Source: an uncultured Acidobacteriota bacterium
GTDB taxonomy: Bacteria > Acidobacteriota > Vicinamibacteria > Vicinamibacterales > UBA2999
Length of the DNA stretch: 64,000 nt
NCBI GenBank assembly: GCA_963841905.1
Contig: CAWJEM010000023.1
Location: 984 to 64,983, forward strand
Direction: 5' to 3'
Numbering within the stretch: the first letter of the stretch is position 1; every line of letters starts with the position of its first letter. The position numbers and the translations under genes are program-made. Below are positions 9,971 to 18,244 of the stretch, in pieces. Below the pieces are notes generated by a model that was given only the letters and a program-made list of their open reading frames with translations, made no database searches and was not told the origin of the DNA.

Positions 9971-11131
9971 TCACCCCTTGGGTTTGGGGTCCTTCGGCTT
10001 CAAATCGAGCTTCGGATAGTACGGCTCGTCGAGCTTCTGGAATTTCTCCAGCCATTTTGGTCCGGCTTCACCGGGCGTGAAGCTCCAGTCCTGCCGGTGA
10101 TAGTTCCAGTCGGTGGGATTCAGTTGTTGGGCACGCGCGAAGTACTTCTTCGCTCGCTCGACATCGCCTGCCTGCTGGAACCAAGCGGCCAGTGCAAAGC
10201 TCGCGTCGGCTTCCATCTCGGCCGGTGTGCGTGGCTTGACCCGTCGAGCAAACTCGTCGTCTGACAGCGCATAAATGCTTCGGTCTCCCCTGGCAATCCA
10301 GTCGCGGATGGCTGCCACGTATTCTTCACCTTCGGTCACCAACGGCTTGCCCGCGAAGGTGCTCGTTCGACTGGTCGTCCAGGCGGGCTCCCCAGGTCGT
10401 ACGACGCGTCCTCGCTCGTCGATCCAGACCCCGGTGGGGACATTCGTGAATTGAAAGGCCGAACTCACGGCGTGGTTGGCGTCGATGAGCGTCGTGAAGG
10501 TCGCTTTGGCGGCCTCGTACCATTTTCCCGCTGCCGCTTCGCCGCCCGTATCCTGCGCCGCCGCGATGATCTCGAAGTTCGCGTTCTTGAGCTCGTCGTA
10601 CAGTGTCTGCCAGCCTGGCAGATCAAGTCGGCATCCTCACCAGGAAGCCCACGTGACCAAGAGCACTTTCTTGCCGCGGAATTGCGACAGGCGAACGAGA
10701 CGGCCGGTGCGATCGGGCACCGAGACCTCGGGCGCGATGCGCGACTCGAGGAAGGAGCCACGGACGACGGGCATCTCGCCGAAGCTCCACACCCGGGCGG
10801 CGGGATCCGCAACCACGCTCTGCCCTGCTCGCCGCGCGAACGCCGTGAGGTCGAACTGGTCGCCTCGGATCATGGTCGACGGGACCGGGATGCAAACATC
10901 AGCGCGGCAGGCACCCTCCGGCTTCAGTTCGAATTCATTGATCCGGGGGAGATCAGTCTTCAGGATCCACAGCGAGTCAGGAACGCCCCCTGGGTCTGGC
11001 CTGACATCACTCAAGGTGACGGCGCGACCGTCGTACAACACGGCAGCCCCGGGCGTCGGCTGACCGTCACGTAGCGCAGATGGCACCAGCGCCGCAGCTC
11101 CAACCGCTTTCAAGAACTCTCGTCGCTCCAC
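9971..11131 (-). CDS. Tat-exported thioredoxin-fold (TlpA/ResA-like) selenoprotein, W-A-S-W-U-G-C motif; in-frame TGA at 10637-10639 read as Sec
   Basis: ORFs 10637..11218 and 9971..10468 share a frame and are separated only by the TGA. Read-through gives ..KKVLLVTWASW-U-GCRLDLPGWQTLYDELKNANFEIIAAAQD..NVPTGVWIDERGRVV. The likely GTG start is at 11131 (M-ERREFLKAVGAAAL twin-arginine signal, GAGG upstream); the maximal ORF starts at 11218. Confidence 0.8.
10607..10621 (-). promoter_or_regulatory. Candidate SECIS-like hairpin CUGCCAGGCUGGCAG
   Basis: Perfect 5-6 bp stem starting 15 nt 3' of the in-frame UGA, with a G/U-containing apical loop. It is identical in the second copy at 16273-16287. 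Confidence 0.5.
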
Positions 11132-11153
11132 AGCCGACCTCGCCTCTGTTAAA

Positions 11154-11166
11154 GGGGACTGTCCCC
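11154..11166. promoter_or_regulatory. GGGGACTGTCCCC palindrome upstream of the selenoprotein gene
   Basis: On the minus strand it reads TAAAAT-GGGGACAGTCCCC, 22 nt upstream of GTG 11131. Confidence 0.45.
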
Positions 11167-11304
11167 ATTTTATTGTTAACCAACTCGTCCCAGAAGATGA
11201 AGTCTCGACAAGCTTCACGCATTATCTGCGAGGTCTGTCGACGCCGCGAGCGCACAATCCGCCGCGAATCGGCAGATTCGTCGATAACTGGTTAACCATA
11301 TAAA

Positions 11305-11317
11305 GGGGACAGTCCCC
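11305..11317. promoter_or_regulatory. GGGGACAGTCCCC palindrome upstream of the YcaQ-like gene
   Basis: Preceded by TATAAA (11299-11304) and ends 5 nt before ATG 11323. Confidence 0.45.
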
Positions 11318-11322
11318 GGACA

Positions 11323-12444
11323 ATGACCACACTCAACGACATGCGGCGACTTGCGGTTCGTCGCAGTCTTTTCGACCCGACCACACTCGACCGCGCCCTC
11401 GATGCGCTGGGGTTCGTACAAGCCGATCCCATCCGTGCGCCAGCCCGGGCCCAGGATCTGACGCTTCGCCCACGTGTCATCGGCTATCGCGCCGGCGATC
11501 TCGAGCGGCTCTACGCGAACCTGCCAATTGAAGAGGACGTCTTCATCAACTACGGGTTCGTGACTCGAACGCTGCAGGCCCTGATGCACCCGCGAACCGG
11601 CGCGTCGCTGCTGCCAACCGCAAGAAACAAGCGCGCACAGTCAGTGCTGGCGTTTGTCCGAGAGCGCGGCGCGGTGCACCCGCGCGACGTGGACGCGCAG
11701 TTCGCCCATGGCACAGTCACGAACTATTGGGGCGGCTCCTCGAATGCGACGACGCGCTTGCTTGAGGCGATGCACTACAAGGGATTGCTCCGCGTCGTTC
11801 GTCGTGAAGGCGGTATCCGGATCTATGGCGCGCACGCGCATGCCCCCGGGCCGGTCGGCATCAACGCTCGTCGCCATCACATCGACGCCATTGTCGACAT
11901 CGTGGTTCGCAAGTACGCGCCACTACCCGCCGCGAGCCTGTCCAATGTTGTGGCACGCCTTCGCTACGCCGTCCCGCAGTGGCGGAGTGAACTGCCATCG
12001 GCGTTGCAGCGGGCGAAGCAGCGACTGTTGCACGCTCGAATCGACGGCGTGGATTGGTATTGGCCTGCCGGCGACGAACCACGACGCGACGCAGTACCTG
12101 AGGTCGTTCGCTTGCTGGCACCATTCGATCCGGTCGTGTGGGATCGGCGCCGCTTCGAGATGTTGTGGGGCTGGGCCTACCGTTTCGAAGCCTACACGCC
12201 AGTTCCAAAGCGTAAGCTTGGCTACTACGCCCTGCCGATGCTCTGGCGCGATCGGGTGGTGGGATGGGGGAATGTCGCGATGGCTGCCGACGGGCTCAAA
12301 GCGGCGTTCGGCTATGTCGCGGGACACGCCCCGCGCAGCCGCGCGTTCGCACTCCAACTGGGGGCAGAAGTGGAGCGGCTGCGAGCCTTCCTGGAGAGCG
12401 ACCCGAATCCTCCAAGCGATGGCCTAAACCCGTGGTCCAGTTGA
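11323..12444 (+). CDS. YcaQ/AlkZ-like winged-helix protein (DUF1006; putative DNA crosslink-repair glycosylase)
   Basis: 373 aa. Contains FVQADPI (a Q-x-D type motif as recalled for YcaQ) and YTPVPKRKLGYYALPMLWRDRVVG, typical of this family. Confidence 0.75.
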   Translation: MTTLNDMRRLAVRRSLFDPTTLDRALDALGFVQADPIRAPARAQDLTLRPRVIGYRAGDLERLYANLPIEEDVFINYGFVTRTLQALMHPRTGASLLPTARNKRAQSVLAFVRERGAVHPRDVDAQFAHGTVTNYWGGSSNATTRLLEAMHYKGLLRVVRREGGIRIYGAHAHAPGPVGINARRHHIDAIVDIVVRKYAPLPAASLSNVVARLRYAVPQWRSELPSALQRAKQRLLHARIDGVDWYWPAGDEPRRDAVPEVVRLLAPFDPVVWDRRRFEMLWGWAYRFEAYTPVPKRKLGYYALPMLWRDRVVGWGNVAMAADGLKAAFGYVAGHAPRSRAFALQLGAEVERLRAFLESDPNPPSDGLNPWSS

Positions 12445-12463
12445 ATTGAGACGAAACGCAACA

Positions 12464-12512
12464 CCAAGCACACGAAGGATTTCCTTGGATTTCTTCGTGG
12501 CCTTCGTGTTGG
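12464..12512. terminator. Hairpin between convergent genes built on CACGAAG / CTTCGTG units
   Basis: CCAAGCACACGAAGG (12464-12478) pairs with CCTTCGTGTTGG (12501-12512), and an additional CTTCGTG lies in the loop. It sits between the stops at 12444 (+) and 12554 (-). Confidence 0.45.
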
Positions 12513-12553
12513 ATTTTCTCGTTTCTCGAGTGAGTCTCAGGATAGGCCGCTGA

Positions 12554-14971
12554 CTACTCTGTCCGTAGCGCTTGCACCGGATCGATGCGCGCGGCACGCA
12601 GGGCCGGTACCAACGCGGCCACCGCTCCAACGCCAACGATTGCAAGGCCGCTGATAACGTAGGTCACGAGATCGAGCGACGGAACACCGAAGAGAAGACT
12701 CTGAAGCGATCGACCAGCGACCGCAGCGCCCGCTAACCCGAGAGCGACCCCCAGCAGGACGATCTTCAACGCACCACCCACCACCAACCGGAAGGTCCCC
12801 GGGGCGTCGGCGCCGAGCGCCATTCGGACTCCGATCTCAGCGGTTCGCCGAGCGACGGAGTAGGTCACAACGCCGTAGACACCAACCGCAGCCAGCAGTG
12901 CAGCGCACAAGGCAAGCGACACGAGGAGCGTCATGTTGAACCGTGGCTGGGCGATGGATCCCGACACGAGATCTTCGATCTTCGAAACCTTGACGATCGG
13001 CAGCGCCGGATCGAGCGCCGCCAGCTCGCGCTTGACACCCTGCACGATCGCATCGGCCCCTTCCGTCGAGGCGATGACAATCTGCATCTCGGTGAGCGGA
13101 AACTGAAAATACGGCACGAACACTTCGGCCTGCGCATTGCCCTGAAGCCCATCGTGCTTGATGTCAGCAACCACGCCAACGATGTGCAGATCGCCGGCCA
13201 TCGGCATCTTCACGCGCTGCCCGATGGGATCGACGGCACTGAAGTACCGCTTGACGACCGACTCATTGACGATGGCGACCTTCGGACCGTTTTCTCGTCC
13301 ATCGAACCGATCGAATGCTCGGCCTCTCGTCAGCCGGATCCCCATCGTCTGGAAGTAATCGCCAACCACCGCGCGATAGCGGGCACGGGGACGTTCGGTC
13401 GGCGATGTGGTCTCGAGCCCCTCGATCGTGAACGGCAGGTCGAACTGAACGCCGAGCGGACTCATCGGCAGAGCAGAGACCGCCGCGGCACGCCCGACAC
13501 CGTGGACGTCCTTGACTCGTTCGACGAGGGTGTCGAATAACTGGCGCTTCGAAGACGGATCGGGATAGCGGCTCGCCGGCAAGGCGATATGGGCCGCAAT
13601 CACGTTCGATGTGCGGTAGCCCGGGTCCACCGATGTCAAGTGGGCGAAACTTCGAATCAGCAGACCCGCACTGACGAGCAACATGAGCGCGAGCGCAACC
13701 TCGGCTGCGACCATCATGTTGGAAAAGCGTCGAGTGGCGCGACTGGCAGTCGCTCCACGGCTGGCGTCCTGCAGGATCTCGACGAGGTTGGGTCGCATGG
13801 CACGCCATGCCGGGACAAGACCGACGAGCAGCCCCGAAACGATGGTTGTGATGGCCGTGAACCCAAGGACCGGCAGATCGAGACCGATGCTGTAGGCGCG
13901 CGGTACGTTTGGCGGAATCAATGGACGTAACAGCACCGTCCCCCACCACGCCAGCAGCAGCCCGACAACCCCGCCAGCGAGCGTGAGGATGCTGCTCTCG
14001 ACCAGCGATCGCCGAACCAGTGCCCAACGGCTAGCGCCGAATGCGGCGCACAAGGCGAACCCCTTGGCGGCGCTCGAGGATCGCGCGAGCAAGAGGTTCG
14101 CGATGTTGGCGCAGGCGATCACGAGGACCAGCACGACCGCGCCAAACAGCACCCACAGTGTTTCGCCGATCCGGCCAACCACTTGCTCGTGCGCGGGAAC
14201 GAGCGTGACGCCCCACCCGGTGTTCGATTCAGGATTCTCGCGCGCGATCGCCGCGCTGATCGACGCCATCTCTTGTCGCGCCTGCTCGATCGTCACGCCG
14301 GGCGCCAATCGGCCCACTGCCTGATAGAGGCGATGCGGCCGTGAAGCCAGCGCGCCCAGGTTGAGCGTGAGCGGTGACCACAGCTCTACGTCGGGATCGC
14401 TCGCCGGAAATTGAAAGTCGCGAGGCATGACACCCACGATCGTGTGCGAGGCATCGTCGAGTGCCATGACTCTGCCGAGAACGTTCGGATCTCCTCCGAA
14501 GCGGCGGACCCACGCGCCGTGACTCAACACGACCTGCCGCGAGTCGGTCCCGGGATTTTCCTCGGCGTCCGTGAACGTCCGACCCAGGAGCGGGGGCACG
14601 CTCAGCGCTCGAAACAGCACGGGCGATACGTCGACGGTGATCAGTCGTTCGGCCTCGCCAGCGCCGGTCAGCGTGTAGCCGCGGTATCGAAAGATCCCAA
14701 TGCCTGTGAAGGTGCGGGTCCGTGCGCGCCAATCCAGATGGGTCGCAGCCGCAACCTGTGAACGGTCGATTCCCTGCGATGCGTTGGTTTCCCAGATGCC
14801 GACCAGCTGCTCAGGCTCGCCATAGGCCAGCGGCCGGAGCAAGACACCATTGAGGACACTGAAGATCGTGGAATTGACACCAATCGCCAGGCCCAGCGTC
14901 AACACGATGACGGCGGCAAATCCAGGATTCGTGGAGAGGAACCGCATCGCCTCGCGAATGTCGTTTTTCAC
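12554..14971 (-). CDS. ADOP-family duplicated FtsX/MacB-like ABC transporter permease (copy 1)
   Basis: 805 aa with a GTG start. The N-terminus ..FLSTNPGFAAVIVLTLGLAIGVNSTIFSVLNGVLLRPL.. and two FtsX-type modules are typical of acidobacterial duplicated orphan permeases. Confidence 0.9.
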   Translation of the reverse strand: MKNDIREAMRFLSTNPGFAAVIVLTLGLAIGVNSTIFSVLNGVLLRPLAYGEPEQLVGIWETNASQGIDRSQVAAATHLDWRARTRTFTGIGIFRYRGYTLTGAGEAERLITVDVSPVLFRALSVPPLLGRTFTDAEENPGTDSRQVVLSHGAWVRRFGGDPNVLGRVMALDDASHTIVGVMPRDFQFPASDPDVELWSPLTLNLGALASRPHRLYQAVGRLAPGVTIEQARQEMASISAAIARENPESNTGWGVTLVPAHEQVVGRIGETLWVLFGAVVLVLVIACANIANLLLARSSSAAKGFALCAAFGASRWALVRRSLVESSILTLAGGVVGLLLAWWGTVLLRPLIPPNVPRAYSIGLDLPVLGFTAITTIVSGLLVGLVPAWRAMRPNLVEILQDASRGATASRATRRFSNMMVAAEVALALMLLVSAGLLIRSFAHLTSVDPGYRTSNVIAAHIALPASRYPDPSSKRQLFDTLVERVKDVHGVGRAAAVSALPMSPLGVQFDLPFTIEGLETTSPTERPRARYRAVVGDYFQTMGIRLTRGRAFDRFDGRENGPKVAIVNESVVKRYFSAVDPIGQRVKMPMAGDLHIVGVVADIKHDGLQGNAQAEVFVPYFQFPLTEMQIVIASTEGADAIVQGVKRELAALDPALPIVKVSKIEDLVSGSIAQPRFNMTLLVSLALCAALLAAVGVYGVVTYSVARRTAEIGVRMALGADAPGTFRLVVGGALKIVLLGVALGLAGAAVAGRSLQSLLFGVPSLDLVTYVISGLAIVGVGAVAALVPALRAARIDPVQALRTE

Positions 14972-14980
14972 GGCGCTCTT

Positions 14981-15613
14981 TTATACCTCGACGACCACAA
15001 AGCCGATCAGGTGAGAGAGTGCGGTGTAGATGATCTTGCCGTCGTGAGTGGGCTCGAGCGGGCGCACGCCATCGCTCGTCGGGATTTGATGGAGTAGCGA
15101 CTGCGTCGCTGGATCAAACACGGCGACCGCATTGCTGTACTGTGCGCCGACATAGATGCGCGATCCGTCTGCCGACGTGTAAGCGTCGTGCGGTCCTTCG
15201 TTCATCGGGATTTTCTTCACGAGCTTCAACGGATCGAGCTGGATGATTGCAACCGAGTTCTCTCCGCGCATCGGCATGTACGCGAAGCGCCCATCTTTGG
15301 TCAGCGTCATCTGGTTGGGATCTTTGCCCAATGGGATCTGGGCCTCGACCTTTCCCGAGCGGGCGTCGATCACCTGGAAGTTCCCGGTGCGGTCGCTCCC
15401 GATGTAAACCTTCGATCCATCAGAGGACGCCGCCAGGCCGTGCGGGCGCGGGTCGGTCGTGATGCGCCGAACTTCTTTGAACGTGTAGGCGTCGACTTCG
15501 ACCAGTTGATCCGAGTCGCCGAGCGTGACCCAGAGGGTGACGCCGCGCTCCTGCGCACGGATCGCCAGACAACATGCAACAACAATCGCCGCAGCGCCGA
15601 GGCACCTTCGCAT
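14981..15613 (-). pseudogene. 3'-truncated copy of the beta-propeller gene (cut by the duplication junction)
   Basis: Same signal peptide and the first ~205 residues as 8927..9943, then ..SHLIGFVVV-EV-stop where the full copy continues DPEKRAVTKRV. ATG at 15613. Confidence 0.8.
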
Positions 15614-15636
15614 GGCGGTCGATCTTACGCCACCAC

Positions 15637-16797
15637 TCACCCCTTGGGTTTGGGATCCTTCGGCTTCAAATCGAGCTTCGGATAGTACGGCTCGTCGAGC
15701 TTCTGGAATTTCTCCAGCCATTTTGGTCCGGCTTCACCGGGCGTGAAGCTCCAGTCCTGCCGGTGGTAGTTCCAGTCGGTGGGATTCAGTTGTTGGGCAC
15801 GCGCGAAGTACTTCTTCGCTCGCTCGACATCGCCTGCCTGCTGGAACCAAGCGGCCAGCGCAAAGCTCGCGTCGGCTTCCATCTCGGCCGGTGTGCGCGG
15901 CTTGACCCGTCGAGCAAACTCGTCGTCTGACAGCGCATAAATGCTTTGGTCTCCCCTGGCAACCCAGTCGCGGATGGCTGCCACGTATTCTTCACCTTCA
16001 GTCACTAACGGCTTGCCCGCGAAGGTGCTCGTTCGACTGGTCGTCCATGCGGGCTCCCCGGGTCGTACGACGCGTCCTCGCTCGTCGATCCAGACGCCGG
16101 TGGGGACATTCGTGAATTGAAAGGCCGAGCTCACGGCGTGGTTGGCGTCGATGATGGTCGTGAAGGTCGCTTTGGCGGCGTCGTACCATTTTCCTGCTGC
16201 CGCTTCGCCGCCCGTATCCTGCGCCGCCGCGATGATCTCGAAGTTGGCGTTCTTGAGCTCGTCGTACAGTGTCTGCCAGCCTGGCAGATCAAGTCGGCAT
16301 CCTCACCAGGAGGCCCACGTGACTAAGAGCACTTTCTTGCCGCGGAATTGCGACAGGCGAACGAGACGGCCGGTGCGATCGGGCACCGAGACCTCGGGCG
16401 CGATGCGCGACTCGAGGAAGGAGCCACGGACGACGGGCATCTCGCCGAAGCTCCACACCCGGGCGGCGGGATCCGCAACCACGCTCTGCCCTGCTCGCTG
16501 CGCGAACGCCGTGAGGTCGAACTGGTCGCCTCGGATCATGGTCGACGGGACCGGAATGCAAACATCAGCGCGGCAGGCACCCTCGGGCTTCAGTTCGAAT
16601 TCATTGATCCGGGGGAGATCATTCTTCAGGATCCACAGCGAGTCAGGAACGCCCCCGGGGTCCGGCCGGACGTCACTCAAGGTGACGGCGCGACCGTCGT
16701 ACAACACGGTAGCCGCGGGCGTCGGCTGACCCTGACGTAGCGCAGATGGCACCAACGCCGCAGCGCCAACCGCTTTCAAGAACTCTCGTCGCTCCAC
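15637..16797 (-). CDS. Second copy of the thioredoxin-fold selenoprotein; in-frame TGA at 16303-16305
   Basis: ORFs 16303..16884 and 15637..16134 are in the same frame. The W-A-S-W-TGA-G-C context is retained with synonymous changes on the flank (TTG>TTA, GCT>GCC). GTG start at 16797. Confidence 0.8.
16273..16287 (-). promoter_or_regulatory. Candidate SECIS-like hairpin (copy 2)
   Basis: Identical CUGCCAGGCUGGCAG, 15 nt downstream of the UGA at 16303-16305. Confidence 0.5.
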
Positions 16798-16819
16798 GGC
16801 CGACCTCGCCTCTGTTAAA

Positions 16820-16832
16820 GGGGACTGTCCCC
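16820..16832. promoter_or_regulatory. GGGGACTGTCCCC palindrome (copy 2)
   Basis: Same context as 11154-11166. Confidence 0.45.
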
Positions 16833-16970
16833 ATTTTATTGTTAACCAACTCGTCCCAGAAGATGAAGTCTCGACAAGCTTCACGCATTATCTGCGAGGT
16901 CTGTCGACGCCGCGTGCGCACAATCCGCCGCGAATCTGCCGATTCCTCGACAACTGGTTAACCATATAAA

Positions 16971-16983
16971 GGGGACAGTCCCC
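16971..16983. promoter_or_regulatory. GGGGACAGTCCCC palindrome (copy 2)
   Basis: Preceded by TATAAA and ends 5 nt before ATG 16989. Confidence 0.45.
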
Positions 16984-16988
16984 GGATA

Positions 16989-18092
16989 ATGACCACCCTC
17001 AAAGACATGCGGCGACTTGCGATTCGTCGCAGTCTTTTCGACCCGACCACACTCGACCGCGCCCTCGATGCGCTGGGGTTCGTACAAGCCGATCCCATCC
17101 GTGCGCCAGCCCGGGCCCAGGATCTGACGCTTCGCCCACGTGTCACCGGCTATCGCGCCGGCGATCTCGAGCGGCTCTACGCGAACCTGCCAATTGAAGA
17201 AGACGTCTTCATCAACTACGGGTTTGTGACTCGAACGCTGCAGGCCCTGATGCACCCGCGAACCGGCGCGTCGCTGCTGCCAACCGCAAGAAACAAGCGC
17301 GCACAATCAGTGCTGGCGTTTGTCCGAGAGCGCGGCGCGGTGCACCCGCGCGAGGTGGACGCGCAGTTCGCCCATGGCACCGTCACCAACTATTGGGGCG
17401 GCTCCTCGAACGCGACGACGCACTTGCTTGATGCGATGCACTACAAGGGATTGCTCCGCGTCGTTCGTCGTGAAGGCGGTATCCGCATCTATGGCGCGCA
17501 CGAGCATGTCCCCGGGCCGGTCGGCGTCAACGCTCGACGCCATCACATCGACGCCATCGTCGACATCGTCGTTCGCAAGTACGCGCCACTACCCGCCGCG
17601 AGCCTGTCCTATGTTGTGGCACGCCTTCGCTACGCCGTCCCGCAGTGGCGGAGTGAACTGCCATCGGCGTTGCAGCGGGCGAAGCAGCGACTTTCGCACG
17701 CTCGAATCGACGGCCTGGATTGGTATTGGCCTTCCGGCGACGAACCACGACACGACTCCGTACCTGAGGTCGTTCGCTTGCTGGCACCATTCGATCCGGT
17801 CGTGTGGGATAGGCGCCGCTTCGAGATGTTGTGGGGCTGGGCCTACCGTTTCGAAGCCTACACGCCAGTTCCAAAGCGTAAGCTCGGCTACTACGCCCTG
17901 CCGATGCTCTGGCGCGATCGTGTGGTGGGATGGGGGAATGTCGCGATAACTGCTGACGGGCTCAAAGCGGCGTTCGGCTATGTCGCGGGACACGCCCCGC
18001 GCAGCCGCGCGTTCGCACTCCAACTGGAGGCGGAAGTGGAGCGGCTGCGAGCCTTCCTGGAGAGGACCCGGATCCTCCAAGCGCTGGCCTAA
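16989..18092 (+). CDS. YcaQ/AlkZ-like winged-helix protein (copy 2)
   Basis: 367 aa, about 95% identical to copy 1 by eye. A 1-nt difference near 18065 changes the last ~12 residues and the stop position. Confidence 0.75.
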   Translation: MTTLKDMRRLAIRRSLFDPTTLDRALDALGFVQADPIRAPARAQDLTLRPRVTGYRAGDLERLYANLPIEEDVFINYGFVTRTLQALMHPRTGASLLPTARNKRAQSVLAFVRERGAVHPREVDAQFAHGTVTNYWGGSSNATTHLLDAMHYKGLLRVVRREGGIRIYGAHEHVPGPVGVNARRHHIDAIVDIVVRKYAPLPAASLSYVVARLRYAVPQWRSELPSALQRAKQRLSHARIDGLDWYWPSGDEPRHDSVPEVVRLLAPFDPVVWDRRRFEMLWGWAYRFEAYTPVPKRKLGYYALPMLWRDRVVGWGNVAITADGLKAAFGYVAGHAPRSRAFALQLEAEVERLRAFLERTRILQALA

Positions 18093-18119
18093 ACCCGTGG
18101 TCCAGTTGAATTGAGACGA

Positions 18120-18205
18120 AACGCAACACGAAGCGCACGAAGCACACGAAGGATTTCCCTGGATTTCTTCGTGGCCTTCGTGGCCTTCATGGCCTTCGTG
18201 TTGGA
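18120..18205. terminator. Expanded CACGAAG / CCTTCGTG repeat hairpin between convergent genes
   Basis: Three CACGAAG units (18127-18152) face four CTTCGTG-like units (18166-18204). The copy-1 equivalent has fewer units. Confidence 0.45.
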
Positions 18206-18244
18206 TTTTCCCCTACTCCAGTAAGTCTCAGGGTAGGTCGCTGA

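Larger units (their letters stand above)
9317..14987. repeat. Tandem duplication unit 1 (5671 bp)
   Basis: Collinear with 14988-20678. Begins with TCGACGA (9317-9323). Contains the 5' part of the propeller gene, the selenoprotein gene, the YcaQ-like gene and the ADOP permease. Confidence 0.9.

Noticed and set aside
10637-10639. The TGA as a genuine stop separating two independent genes
   Set aside because: The downstream segment has no RBS or plausible N-terminus of its own: the first start is 170 nt further on, in the middle of the thioredoxin fold. The upstream part would also end one residue before its catalytic motif.
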